Source of the DNA: a virus
Taxonomy: Duplodnaviria > Caudoviricetes
DNA: 27,656 nt
Direction: 5' to 3' (one strand)
Virus record (IMG/VR): IMGVR_UViG_3300020045_001414
Span: 1 to 27,656 of that record
Under the pieces are notes generated by a model. The model ran no database searches. It saw only the letters and a program-made list of their open reading frames with translations, and was not told the origin of the DNA. Every line of letters starts with the position of its first letter. The first letter of the stretch is position 1. Below, in pieces: positions 8,009-16,608 of the stretch. The position numbers and the translations under genes are program-made.

Positions 8009-8650
8009 ATGATAGGTTTTTATTACGGCGGGCCAAGTTCTGGAACTAAGGTTTTCGGCGGTATCGCGTCAATTGACTTTGATGCTACGCTAGACGAACT
8101 GCACGACTGGCGCAATGAGATTACACAAAACCCGGTTGAAACTGGTTCGCCAGTCACTGACTATGTGATCGAACGATCTGACCGTTTGAAGCTTACAGGA
8201 ACGATCACAAATAGCCCACTACGCGGTGAATTTGCTGGTCAATACTTTGGCGGAGATAACGAGTCACCTCGCATTCAGACTGCATTTGATGCCATTCGTG
8301 AGTTGTTTAAATCTCGTGATGTTGTGGTGGTTTACACCAAGCACGCAATCTACACTGATATGGTGATTGAATCGGTTTCAATCCCACGGAATGCTCAGAT
8401 CGGTGAAGAAGTTCAATTCACAATGGAGCTGGTAAATGTCCGTTTTGTCGATACCCAGTTGGTGAAGTTGCCACCGGGTATTAGTGCCAAGAAGGATAAG
8501 AAGGCGGGCAACCTAGGCAAGAAAGCAGAGCCACAAAAAACATCTGGAAACAAGATGCTTGATGAAAATTACAAGACTCGCGGCAGGGCTCCAAGCATTT
8601 TAGAAGCAATTACAAAGACAGATAAGATCGTCTACCAATACACAAAGTAA
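8009..8650 (+). CDS. Baseplate Dit-like / tube-initiator protein
   Basis: DA.L.E.H.....T.NPVE.G...TD motif, Y.DM.I.S; follows TMP. Confidence 0.75.
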   Translation: MIGFYYGGPSSGTKVFGGIASIDFDATLDELHDWRNEITQNPVETGSPVTDYVIERSDRLKLTGTITNSPLRGEFAGQYFGGDNESPRIQTAFDAIRELFKSRDVVVVYTKHAIYTDMVIESVSIPRNAQIGEEVQFTMELVNVRFVDTQLVKLPPGISAKKDKKAGNLGKKAEPQKTSGNKMLDENYKTRGRAPSILEAITKTDKIVYQYTK

Positions 8651-8660
8651 AATCCTTCAA

Positions 8661-9098
8661 ATGATTCTCGCTGAAATCCCACTATTGCCAGATACCACTG
8701 ATCAACTGGTTGACGTTGTTTTAAGTGAAAACCCATACACCTTACGCATTCTATGGAATGAGAAGTACGGTTATTTTTCACTGTCAATTTACGCTCGGGA
8801 TGGTGCTGTCATTCTTGAGAATATCAAGATGGTGAAAAACTACCCGCTAATTAGCCGGTTTAAAAATACATTGTTGCCAATTGGTGATTTGTATTTCATC
8901 GACAACAAAAACAAGCATTCACGCGCACTTTATGAATCAGTAGGAACGGGTGACTATTCATTGGTGTATTACGTGCCTGATGATATTGTTACCGTTGAAT
9001 CCGTGGTTATTACACCTGTAGCAGCCGTTAGTGGCTCGATATGGGACTCAGGCTTAACGGTATTTGATGGCGGCGCTTCGGTTTGGGATGGTGCGTAA
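8661..9098 (+). CDS. Baseplate plug-family protein with C-terminal xWDGG-like repeats
   Basis: EIPL, Y.LR..WN, L.Y pattern; synteny between Dit-like and hub genes. Confidence 0.65.
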   Translation: MILAEIPLLPDTTDQLVDVVLSENPYTLRILWNEKYGYFSLSIYARDGAVILENIKMVKNYPLISRFKNTLLPIGDLYFIDNKNKHSRALYESVGTGDYSLVYYVPDDIVTVESVVITPVAAVSGSIWDSGLTVFDGGASVWDGA

Positions 9099-10022
9099 AT
9101 GGCTTTATTTGACCGTGTAGCATCGTTAACTGTTGGAAAGCCTGACGGCAAGGCCGTGGAGATTCGTGATCTACGCTTTTCGTTCTCAATTGAGAAGGGT
9201 TCAATTGACACTCCAAATACTTGCAATTGCAGAATTTACAACTTGAATAAAGACTCGCGAGCACTGGTTGAAACCGTCAACAACATTCTGATATTGAAGG
9301 CCGGTTACAAGCGTGACGTTGGCGAAATAACAATATTCACAGGCACGGTTACGCGGGCTTTAACTCGCATTGAAGGCGCTGATTCTGTCACTGAGTTGGA
9401 AATGTCAGACGGTGGTGCAGAATACAAAGACACAAAGACATCTTTTAGCTTCTCGCCAGGCGTATCGGCGCAGCAGGTTTTAAGCAACATTGCAGCCACG
9501 TTTAAGCTACCTATTAGGCCATTGCCAAGCGAGATAGCGACAAAGACTTATCCCGATGGATTTGCTTTCATTGGCCGATCACGCGAAGCCATGAAAAAGG
9601 CGTGCGACTTTCTAGGTCTTGAATGGTCAATCCAGAATCGGGAGTTGCAGATTCTGAAACAAGGCAAGGCGGTTGATATGCAAGCCTTTGTTTTATCTCC
9701 TGACACCGGATTGATTGAGTCACCAGAATCAGAGCATAAGATTTATTCTGAAAAGACAGCCGCTAAAAAAGGCTTCACCGCGAAACAAAAAGGCGTTCGA
9801 GTGACTTATGGCGAGACTGAGGCGGGTAATAACGAAAAGAAACTAGAAGTACAAGGCTACAGGGTGAAAAGCCTTTTGCAGCCAGCATTACAGCCTGGTG
9901 GATATGTTCGTTTGGATACTCGCGGGATTGATAAGGAATACTTTAGAGTCGAAACTATCAATCACGTAGGTGACTCTCACGGCCAAGACTGGTACTCTCA
10001 GCTTGTGTTACGGTATGTTTAA
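9099..10022 (+). CDS. Baseplate hub protein (gpD/gp27-like)
   Basis: IYNL, L.AGY, IF.G, WSIQN, LSPDTGLI.SP, H.GD.HG..W motifs. Confidence 0.8.
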   Translation: MALFDRVASLTVGKPDGKAVEIRDLRFSFSIEKGSIDTPNTCNCRIYNLNKDSRALVETVNNILILKAGYKRDVGEITIFTGTVTRALTRIEGADSVTELEMSDGGAEYKDTKTSFSFSPGVSAQQVLSNIAATFKLPIRPLPSEIATKTYPDGFAFIGRSREAMKKACDFLGLEWSIQNRELQILKQGKAVDMQAFVLSPDTGLIESPESEHKIYSEKTAAKKGFTAKQKGVRVTYGETEAGNNEKKLEVQGYRVKSLLQPALQPGGYVRLDTRGIDKEYFRVETINHVGDSHGQDWYSQLVLRYV

Positions 10023-10115
10023 TGGCGGGGTGGCCTGTACTGAACTCAGGCATGAAGAATACGCACCTAGGTTGTATTTAAAACTTTGGCTCGAATCAGT
10101 CTTCGCATTCACCAC
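10023..10115 (-). ncRNA. tRNA-like structured RNA ending in GCCA
   Basis: GUGGUG/CACCCC closing stem plus GCCA; GCCUG-AGUUCAGUA-CAGGC arm stacked on it; CGAA-GACUGA-UUCG arm whose loop is complementary to the other loop. Confidence 0.5.
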
Positions 10116-10121
10116 GTAAAT

Positions 10122-10730
10122 ATTGATGGCGACTAGGCACCCCTAATCTACGCGTCACCAGTTGTGAGCCTGTATGACTTTATGCGCTTAACCATCAATC
10201 ATGAACCCTGACTTTACCCATACCGATTGCAAAATATGGCAAGGCTCATGATTGATAGCGCCGTCTCTCCGGCTGTCACGTAAAGTTTGCTATCCTTCGT
10301 AATACGTTTACGAACTGTGCCAGCCAATATTCCCAGATAGCCTAGTACTCCGTAAATTCGCTCACGGCGCTATGACAGTAGCAGCGCTACCACTATCAGA
10401 AAAGCAGACTAGCCTAGGTACATCTTAAAAATCCCCTTAGCGTCAAATCCTCGGTATCTTTAAAACATCTAGTCTGCTTATCTGATAGTTGATGGTTGCC
10501 GATTACGCCGTTAAGCGTTCTTGCGTCCGTTTGTTTACCCGTGTACTTTGGCAAACGTGTACTCTCTATACCAAACCATCAGGGATGCGTGCTAGTAAGT
10601 CTGCCTAGCGCGGTTCATGAACTTCTAGCCGCCCGAAGACGCATCCCTGATAGTCCACGTCTTTCCGTGGTGTCTGTGCTTTCTGGTAATTCGCTCCGAG
10701 GTTACTCGTCGGTTAATATGATAAGCACGG
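10122..10730 (-). ncRNA. Modular structured RNA array (long stems with conserved ends, variable interiors)
   Basis: Stems 10192-10210/10240-10258, 10392-10412/10469-10489, 10576-10590/10639-10653; four of five mismatches are G.U only on the - strand; no credible ORF. Confidence 0.65.
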
Positions 10731-10734
10731 ATGA

Positions 10735-10764
10735 AGTTTAACGCTATTTCACTCAAAAATTCAA
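10735..10764 (-). promoter_or_regulatory. Putative sigma70 promoter for RNA array
   Basis: TTGAAT-18 nt-TAAACT on - strand with AT-rich upstream sequence. Confidence 0.45.
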
Positions 10765-10801
10765 TTTTGTTAAAATAAATTTATGGGATAAAATGTGTTA
10801 T

Positions 10802-11458
10802 ATGGCAGAAAACAACGACTTTATCAGCGCACTAAAAAGCATGGTAGATGGTCGCCTGCATGAAATTAACACTAGCCTTCCGGGTGTTATCACTGGTTAC
10901 GCCAATGGCCGCGCTAGTGTGCAGCCTACACCTAAACGGCGCTTTGCTGACGGGGATGTGTTGACATTCCCAATCCTGCAAAACGTCCGAGTGTGCTGGC
11001 CTAGCTTTAGTGGTGGGTCTGCGGGTGTTAAAGGGCCAATTAAAGCCGGTGATAGGTGCCTTTTGGTATTTGCACAACAGGCGGTTGACGGCACGGATGA
11101 CGCTCGCAGGTTTGATATTTCTGACTCTTATTGCATCCCTTGCGACCTTGGTAGCGCTGGCAGCGGTGATAGTGGCAATAATTCCGACTTAACGGTGTTT
11201 TACGGCAATGCATCTATGCGCCTTACCGCTGGTGGTGCTTTGCTGATTACAGCGCCGGGTGGGGTCACTATTGAGGCTCCAAGCATATCAAATAGCGGGT
11301 CACTTTCAAACGCTGGCGCTGTATCTATAGCCTCAACTTTGAGCGCTTCAGGTCAGGCTACGTTCACCACTGGCGCGAATATCGGCGGGATTGAATTCTC
11401 AGATCATGTCCACAGTGGCGTATCTACTGGGTTATCAAATACAGGGACTCCAGTTTGA
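10802..11458 (+). CDS. Baseplate central spike (Gp138/gpV-like)
   Basis: TSLPG.I..Y, VQP, GD.CLLVF, RRFD.SD and C-terminal HVH metal-binding apex; start could be 10793 or 10802. Confidence 0.88.
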   Translation: MAENNDFISALKSMVDGRLHEINTSLPGVITGYANGRASVQPTPKRRFADGDVLTFPILQNVRVCWPSFSGGSAGVKGPIKAGDRCLLVFAQQAVDGTDDARRFDISDSYCIPCDLGSAGSGDSGNNSDLTVFYGNASMRLTAGGALLITAPGGVTIEAPSISNSGSLSNAGAVSIASTLSASGQATFTTGANIGGIEFSDHVHSGVSTGLSNTGTPV

Positions 11459-11919
11459 TTGATATTGCATTAGACAAAGTAACTCACGATCTTGTTTTGA
11501 TTGACAATGATCTGGTGATGCTGGACGGCGCTGAACGCGTGCGTCAACACCTAGCCATTAAGCTCAAATTGTGGGTTGGCGAGTGGTTTATGGATACTGA
11601 GTTTGGCACGCCATATCTGTCTGACATTCTCGGAAAGCAAATTAGTCTAGCTGGGTCTGTCGCGGCTTTGAAAAAGTCTATTTCAGAGGTTGACGGCGTG
11701 CAATCTATCACGCGCTTTGAGTTTGATTTCAATAGATCAGCTAGAAATTTAGATGTTAACTTTGACGTTCAAACTCCATACGGAAATTTGAATATCATGA
11801 AAATACAACAAAAAACATTAAATGAATTGATTTCAGCAAATGTTTCATCAAACTTTTTGTATACCGAAGATTTACTAAACACGGTTACAAATCTAACAAT
11901 ACCATCACACGGATATTAA
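11455..11919 (+). CDS. Baseplate wedge / sheath initiator (gp25-like) with C-terminal extension
   Basis: GEWF.D...G.PY...ILGK, V.TPYG; TTG start overlapping spike stop. Confidence 0.78.
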   Translation: MIDIALDKVTHDLVLIDNDLVMLDGAERVRQHLAIKLKLWVGEWFMDTEFGTPYLSDILGKQISLAGSVAALKKSISEVDGVQSITRFEFDFNRSARNLDVNFDVQTPYGNLNIMKIQQKTLNELISANVSSNFLYTEDLLNTVTNLTIPSHGY

Positions 11920-11920
11920 A

Positions 11921-13969
11921 ATGGCAAAATTATCACTAGATCAGGCAGTTGTCCGTTTTCAAGAAAATGATGAACGAATTGATAAGTTTGCCAATGGGAA
12001 TGCTACAAGCGGATACAACACAACGGCTGGCGTTGCTGTGCCTTCAATTCAAAAATTCTTAGCTGATAAGAATGCTGAAATTGACGCTGATTTAAGCGGT
12101 GTTTTTAATTCCGATGGAGCTTCATTAGTTGGGTATTTACCTTCCGGTATTGGTGCTATTGCCACTAATGTTCAGAGTAAGCTACGGGAGAGTGTAAGCG
12201 CAAAAGACTTTGGAGCAGTTGGGGACGGGATTACTAACGATACTGCTGCTATTCAGGACGCAATTGACGCTGTTTACGCTTCAGGTGGTGGTGAAGTGAA
12301 TTTAGGCAGTGGTACATTTAAGCTATCTGCCACAGAAAGCACTGAAAAATTTTGGTATGTGTCACCAACGGAGACCACTGCTGCAAACACGTTTACATGC
12401 TTAATTCTACGAAGTGGAGTTTCTTTAATAGGTAATGGTCCAAATGCAACTATTTTAGAGAACTCTAATAGAGGTATAACTGCTATATCAATAATTAGTA
12501 TGGATGGAGGTGGATTGCAAGATCTATCCGTAACAAGTAATTGGAATTCAGGCCTGTCCGGGACTGGTCATGGTGTTTTTATTACAGTTATTAATATTGG
12601 CGATTACAATAAAAACATTGTTTTAAATAATCTGATTGTTAGAGATATAGGATCATATGGAATAGCAGTTCAGTGGGGAAATTGCTTAAACAATAGATAT
12701 AGTAATTTATATATATACAATACAGGCGCGGATGCATTCGATCATAAAGTTCGCGGAGAACCATCTGTTACATCAAAGGGGGTTACATTTTCTGATATCA
12801 CCGTAGAGGGATATGGTAGGAGGTCAGGAATAACTGCTTCGGCAGGAATTGATGTTCGTGGTCCAGCGCTTGTAAACAACTTTTACGCCAAAGATTTCGC
12901 CATTGCTGGTGCTGGAAACGTTGGCATTAGATTTAGCGCAGGCACAACAGGTAACACCAATAATACACGCCAGCCTAGTAGTTATTCATCTTTAACCAAC
13001 TTTCTGATAGAGTCTGATACGTCAATACCTACTACTGGCATCGTTCTTCTTTCATCTGAATTTACTCATATATCTAATGGAGTAGTAAAGTTTTGTACTG
13101 GCTTCGGTGTATCTGTAGAAAATTCATCATCTGGATTCTTTGATTCCATTGGTGCGTCTATTTCAAATGTTACATGCTTTGGCTCTAGAGCTGGGACCTC
13201 GTTTAGAGTATTGGCACCAGCAAGTTTTGTTTCATTCACTAATTGCATCTCTTCTGGTCAATATATTCGATTTAATCTTAACGCTGGAAATCTAATTGCA
13301 GGTCAAACTGTATTTCTAGCTGAAGTTGATATTGGAAATGTTGCAGTAATAAAAAATGGGGTAGTGCTTACGCCTACATCCGAGTACACAGTGGCTAATG
13401 GAGCAGTAACACTTGTTACTCCTGTGTTGTCAACCGATAAGATTGATGTAGTAAATAAAACGTATGTAGGATTTAGTATTGCAGGGCCAAATAATGCAGT
13501 TAGTTCGTGCACTACTATATATAATGTATCTTCCTTAAACGTAGATTCTAGCGCAGTTGATAGCATTAGAACACTATCAAATAAGTTTGGTTATGTTGAG
13601 TACAGCACTAATGAGCACGAATTTCCAGCCAGGGCAATTGTAACAGGAGTAGCTACGGATATTGACTATCGTGTAGATGCAAAAGGTGCTGGTGGAATAG
13701 AGTTGCGATCTAATCTTTCCAGGGTTTTAAGGGCGGCAAACCCAGTTAATGCGGTAAATTGGTTGTCAGTGGCTGGGAGTATTAGTGGTAGTGCAGTAGC
13801 TATAAACCCAGCTGGTGCAGATGCAAGCATTGATTTACAGCTTACCCCAAAAGGCATAGGTAACATTAGATTCGGAACTTTAACTACTAATGCAGATGCA
13901 CCAGTTACTGGCTACATAACCATAAAAGATTCTGGTGGAACTGTTAGAAAACTGGCTGTAATAGCGTAA
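11921..13969 (+). CDS. Tailspike 1, pectate-lyase-like beta-helix depolymerase
   Basis: GASLVGY...VQSKLRESVSAKDFGAVGDGITNDTAAIQ.AID motif, Asn/Gly/Ser-rich beta-helix repeats, C-terminal GYITIKD.GG..RKLAV. Confidence 0.85.
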   Translation: MAKLSLDQAVVRFQENDERIDKFANGNATSGYNTTAGVAVPSIQKFLADKNAEIDADLSGVFNSDGASLVGYLPSGIGAIATNVQSKLRESVSAKDFGAVGDGITNDTAAIQDAIDAVYASGGGEVNLGSGTFKLSATESTEKFWYVSPTETTAANTFTCLILRSGVSLIGNGPNATILENSNRGITAISIISMDGGGLQDLSVTSNWNSGLSGTGHGVFITVINIGDYNKNIVLNNLIVRDIGSYGIAVQWGNCLNNRYSNLYIYNTGADAFDHKVRGEPSVTSKGVTFSDITVEGYGRRSGITASAGIDVRGPALVNNFYAKDFAIAGAGNVGIRFSAGTTGNTNNTRQPSSYSSLTNFLIESDTSIPTTGIVLLSSEFTHISNGVVKFCTGFGVSVENSSSGFFDSIGASISNVTCFGSRAGTSFRVLAPASFVSFTNCISSGQYIRFNLNAGNLIAGQTVFLAEVDIGNVAVIKNGVVLTPTSEYTVANGAVTLVTPVLSTDKIDVVNKTYVGFSIAGPNNAVSSCTTIYNVSSLNVDSSAVDSIRTLSNKFGYVEYSTNEHEFPARAIVTGVATDIDYRVDAKGAGGIELRSNLSRVLRAANPVNAVNWLSVAGSISGSAVAINPAGADASIDLQLTPKGIGNIRFGTLTTNADAPVTGYITIKDSGGTVRKLAVIA

Positions 13970-14030
13970 TCAATCTTACATTAAGAGTAATGTATTTTTA
14001 ATTTACTCTAAATATAGTAAAAGGATTTAA

Positions 14031-15452
14031 ATGTCACTTAATACAACGGGCTTTGAGCGCCCACGCTTAACCGAGATCAAGGCGGATTATGACCAACGGT
14101 TTGCCGATGCTTTGGGTCCGGTTAACACGTCACCAGATGCTGTAATTGGTCAGATCATTGGCATATTTTCAGCGGCTCTTGATGATGCGTATGAGACATT
14201 GCAAGATAATTATGACAGCATGTACCCGTACAGCGCTGAAGGTACTAGTTTGGACGGCGCGGTTTCTTTTGTTGGCTTGGAGCGCTTGGGCTCTACTTCA
14301 ACTACTGTAACGGCTTGTGTTTATGGTGCTGAATCTACCTTATTGCCTACGGGTGTTATGACTCGCGCTGGGTCGGTGCAATACGCCACGACTGCCGATA
14401 CGGTTATCAGCCGGGCTAACGCGCTTGACGTTGAAATTGAAGTTGGTACAGTCGTCAACTCGGTGGCTTATCAGATCATCGCTGGTGGCGTTTTGGCTCA
14501 ATATATTAGCGATGCTAGTGCCACGGCTGACGAGATCATTAACGGCCTTGCGGCGGCGTTTAATCCGCTGAATTTCACAGCCACCGTCACCGGGTCAACC
14601 TTGCGTTTGCATAGCTTTGATAAAGTATCTGACTTCCCGCTGACGCTTGACGCAAACCTGACAATCACAAAGCTAGGTTCACCTGCTGTTTTTACGGCCA
14701 TTGAGCTTGGTGCGAGTGCTTTGCCAGCTGGCGCGTTGACGGCCATTGATAGCCCAATTCTAGGGTGGGATTCGGTGTCTAACTTGGTGGCTGGGACGAC
14801 TGGCCGCGATGTTGAGTCTGATGCTGATTTGCGCACTCGCCATTCGACTAGCATTCGCGCCACGGGCAGTGCCACTGTAAAAGCTATTCGCGCCCGTTTA
14901 TTGTCTGATGTGCCTGAAATTACAGCCGTGCAAATTTACGAAAATCGCACATCTGACGTGGTGGAGTCCATGCCTTCGCATAGTTTTGAAACTGTCGTTA
15001 GTGGTGGCGCTACACAAGATATTCTTGATAAGCTATGGGAGCTTAAACCGGCTGGAATTGAGACTCATGGCACTACATCTGGTCAGGTCATTGATGACAA
15101 TGGCGATGCTCAAACGATCAAGTTTTCACGCCCTGTTACTCAATACGCTTGGATTCGCGTGTCGGTTGATGAACTCTACACAGAAGAGCCTTTGATTAGT
15201 TCAGTTCAGGCGTCAATCATGGCGGCTGTGCTTGCTTATGGCAATACGCTTGGTGTTGGTAACGACATCATCCCGCAGCGCTTTTTTGGGCCCATTTACT
15301 CATCTACTACAGGTCTAGGTCAGATCACAGTAGAGGCGGCTATTACGGCGCTACCTACCGATACACCAACTTACTCGACTAATAACATTTCAATCGGTCG
15401 AGCGGGTATCGCTGAGTTTGTTACTAACCGTGTAACCGTGGTTGGCGTATGA
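14031..15452 (+). CDS. Baseplate J-like wedge protein
   Basis: SAEG..LD, G...ESDA.LR.R, V.GG....I...., KPAGI.T.G, IKFSRP; RBS AAGGA. Confidence 0.88.
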   Translation: MSLNTTGFERPRLTEIKADYDQRFADALGPVNTSPDAVIGQIIGIFSAALDDAYETLQDNYDSMYPYSAEGTSLDGAVSFVGLERLGSTSTTVTACVYGAESTLLPTGVMTRAGSVQYATTADTVISRANALDVEIEVGTVVNSVAYQIIAGGVLAQYISDASATADEIINGLAAAFNPLNFTATVTGSTLRLHSFDKVSDFPLTLDANLTITKLGSPAVFTAIELGASALPAGALTAIDSPILGWDSVSNLVAGTTGRDVESDADLRTRHSTSIRATGSATVKAIRARLLSDVPEITAVQIYENRTSDVVESMPSHSFETVVSGGATQDILDKLWELKPAGIETHGTTSGQVIDDNGDAQTIKFSRPVTQYAWIRVSVDELYTEEPLISSVQASIMAAVLAYGNTLGVGNDIIPQRFFGPIYSSTTGLGQITVEAAITALPTDTPTYSTNNISIGRAGIAEFVTNRVTVVGV

Positions 15453-16171
15453 GTTACGTAAGCGACGCGCTATTGCGTATCACTAGCCAATTTGAGCAAT
15501 CGCCAAAGGTTCTTGCGCTGCTGACGGCTATTATTGGCCCGTTGGACTCGTTACAAGCCACGTCTGACAGTGTTAAAACTGAACGCTGGATTGATTCCGC
15601 TATTGGTGCTCAGTTGGACGGTTGCGGGTATATCGTTGGTGAGACGCGTCAAGGACGTGATGATGACGCCTACCGTGAAGCCATTAGGTTTCGCGTGTTC
15701 GTAAACATTTCAGAAGGTACGCCAGCCGCCATAATGAAGGGGCTTGATTACCTGATTGATTCTGATTACAAACAGTACCTAGAGGTTTATCCGGCTACTG
15801 TTTTGCTATTTGGCGATGGCCCCAATGTTCCAAATGGAATTCAAGTGCAAATTCAAGACTTGGCACCGGCTGGAATATCAGATGTGCCAGTTATGGTTAG
15901 CTATACTGAAAAACCATTTAGGTTTGGAACTGAATCTATCATGTCTGACTTATTCGTCAACGATAATTACCTTGACGTTAATGGCTCAGACTTGATTGTC
16001 AATATTCCTAACTTTGCATTGTCAACAGCTACGCTTAGCGGGATTGTTCCTGCTGAAATTACGGCGGGTGAAATGTTGATCGAGGTTAACGGGTCAATTC
16101 TTGTCGTTAGTTCTGCAATCGACAATATATTTTTAGATACTGGTTTTCATACTACGGGTGTATTTCAATGA
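15449..16171 (+). CDS. Baseplate wedge protein (DUF2612 / gpI-like)
   Basis: IDSAIGAQLD..G.IVG..R, DD..YR..I, N.S.GT; follows gpJ. Confidence 0.8.
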   Translation: MSYVSDALLRITSQFEQSPKVLALLTAIIGPLDSLQATSDSVKTERWIDSAIGAQLDGCGYIVGETRQGRDDDAYREAIRFRVFVNISEGTPAAIMKGLDYLIDSDYKQYLEVYPATVLLFGDGPNVPNGIQVQIQDLAPAGISDVPVMVSYTEKPFRFGTESIMSDLFVNDNYLDVNGSDLIVNIPNFALSTATLSGIVPAEITAGEMLIEVNGSILVVSSAIDNIFLDTGFHTTGVFQ

Positions 16172-16608
16172 CAACATTTGCAGAAACTTTTACCTCATAT
16201 TCTGACGGTCAGCAAAATTTAAACATGCCACCTGAAGCTATTCTGTCGGTCGGCTTTATTCCTGCTACGGCTACGTCACGAGGTCAGCCATTGCCTGCTC
16301 AGTGGCTTAACTGGTTATTCAATAAGCTATTTAAAAGCATTAACCGGGATGCTGTTAGCGATGCAAACGGTGTAGGTCTGTTTAAGACTAACGATGCCAT
16401 GATTCGCATCGAAGCTTTTGATGTTGCAGATTCAAATAAATATTTGATTGCCATTGGCTATAAAGCTATTGGAGTTGCACCACAATTCAAGGTTATTTCA
16501 AGCGCCACATTGACGCTCGGAACGGGTACAATTGACGGAAATCAGCCTATTATCGGCGGTACTAATGTGAAAGTAGTCGGGTACTCTCGACAATTTGGAG
16601 ATATTTAA
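16168..16608 (+). CDS. Short tail-fibre proximal / adaptor protein
   Basis: PP......GF.P...GQPLPAQWLNWLF baseplate-anchoring motif; only 146 aa. Confidence 0.65.
   Translation: MTTFAETFTSYSDGQQNLNMPPEAILSVGFIPATATSRGQPLPAQWLNWLFNKLFKSINRDAVSDANGVGLFKTNDAMIRIEAFDVADSNKYLIAIGYKAIGVAPQFKVISSATLTLGTGTIDGNQPIIGGTNVKVVGYSRQFGDI

Noticed and set aside
10023-10115. Canonical or amber-suppressor tRNA (CUA in middle arm)
   Set aside because: No 7-nt anticodon loop with U33, no D-loop GG, 9-nt T-like loop; genes read intact in the standard code so no sign of TAG recoding
10495-10570. c-di-GMP-I riboswitch (GGACGCAA fragment)
   Set aside because: Only a short partial match; the GGCAAA..GNRA P2 and P1 architecture are not present on the same strand
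10122-10674. CRISPR array or mini-array
   Set aside because: No direct repeats of 23-47 nt at regular spacing; shared sequence is limited to ~6-nt stem ends and one short hairpin
10496-10741. 81-aa + strand ORF in the non-coding island
   Set aside because: TTG start, no RBS, no protein-like motifs, and it overlaps stems whose G.U pattern favours a - strand RNA
13984-14009. Hairpin AGAGTAA...TTACTCT after tailspike 1 as terminator
   Set aside because: AT-rich weak stem, long loop, no U-tract
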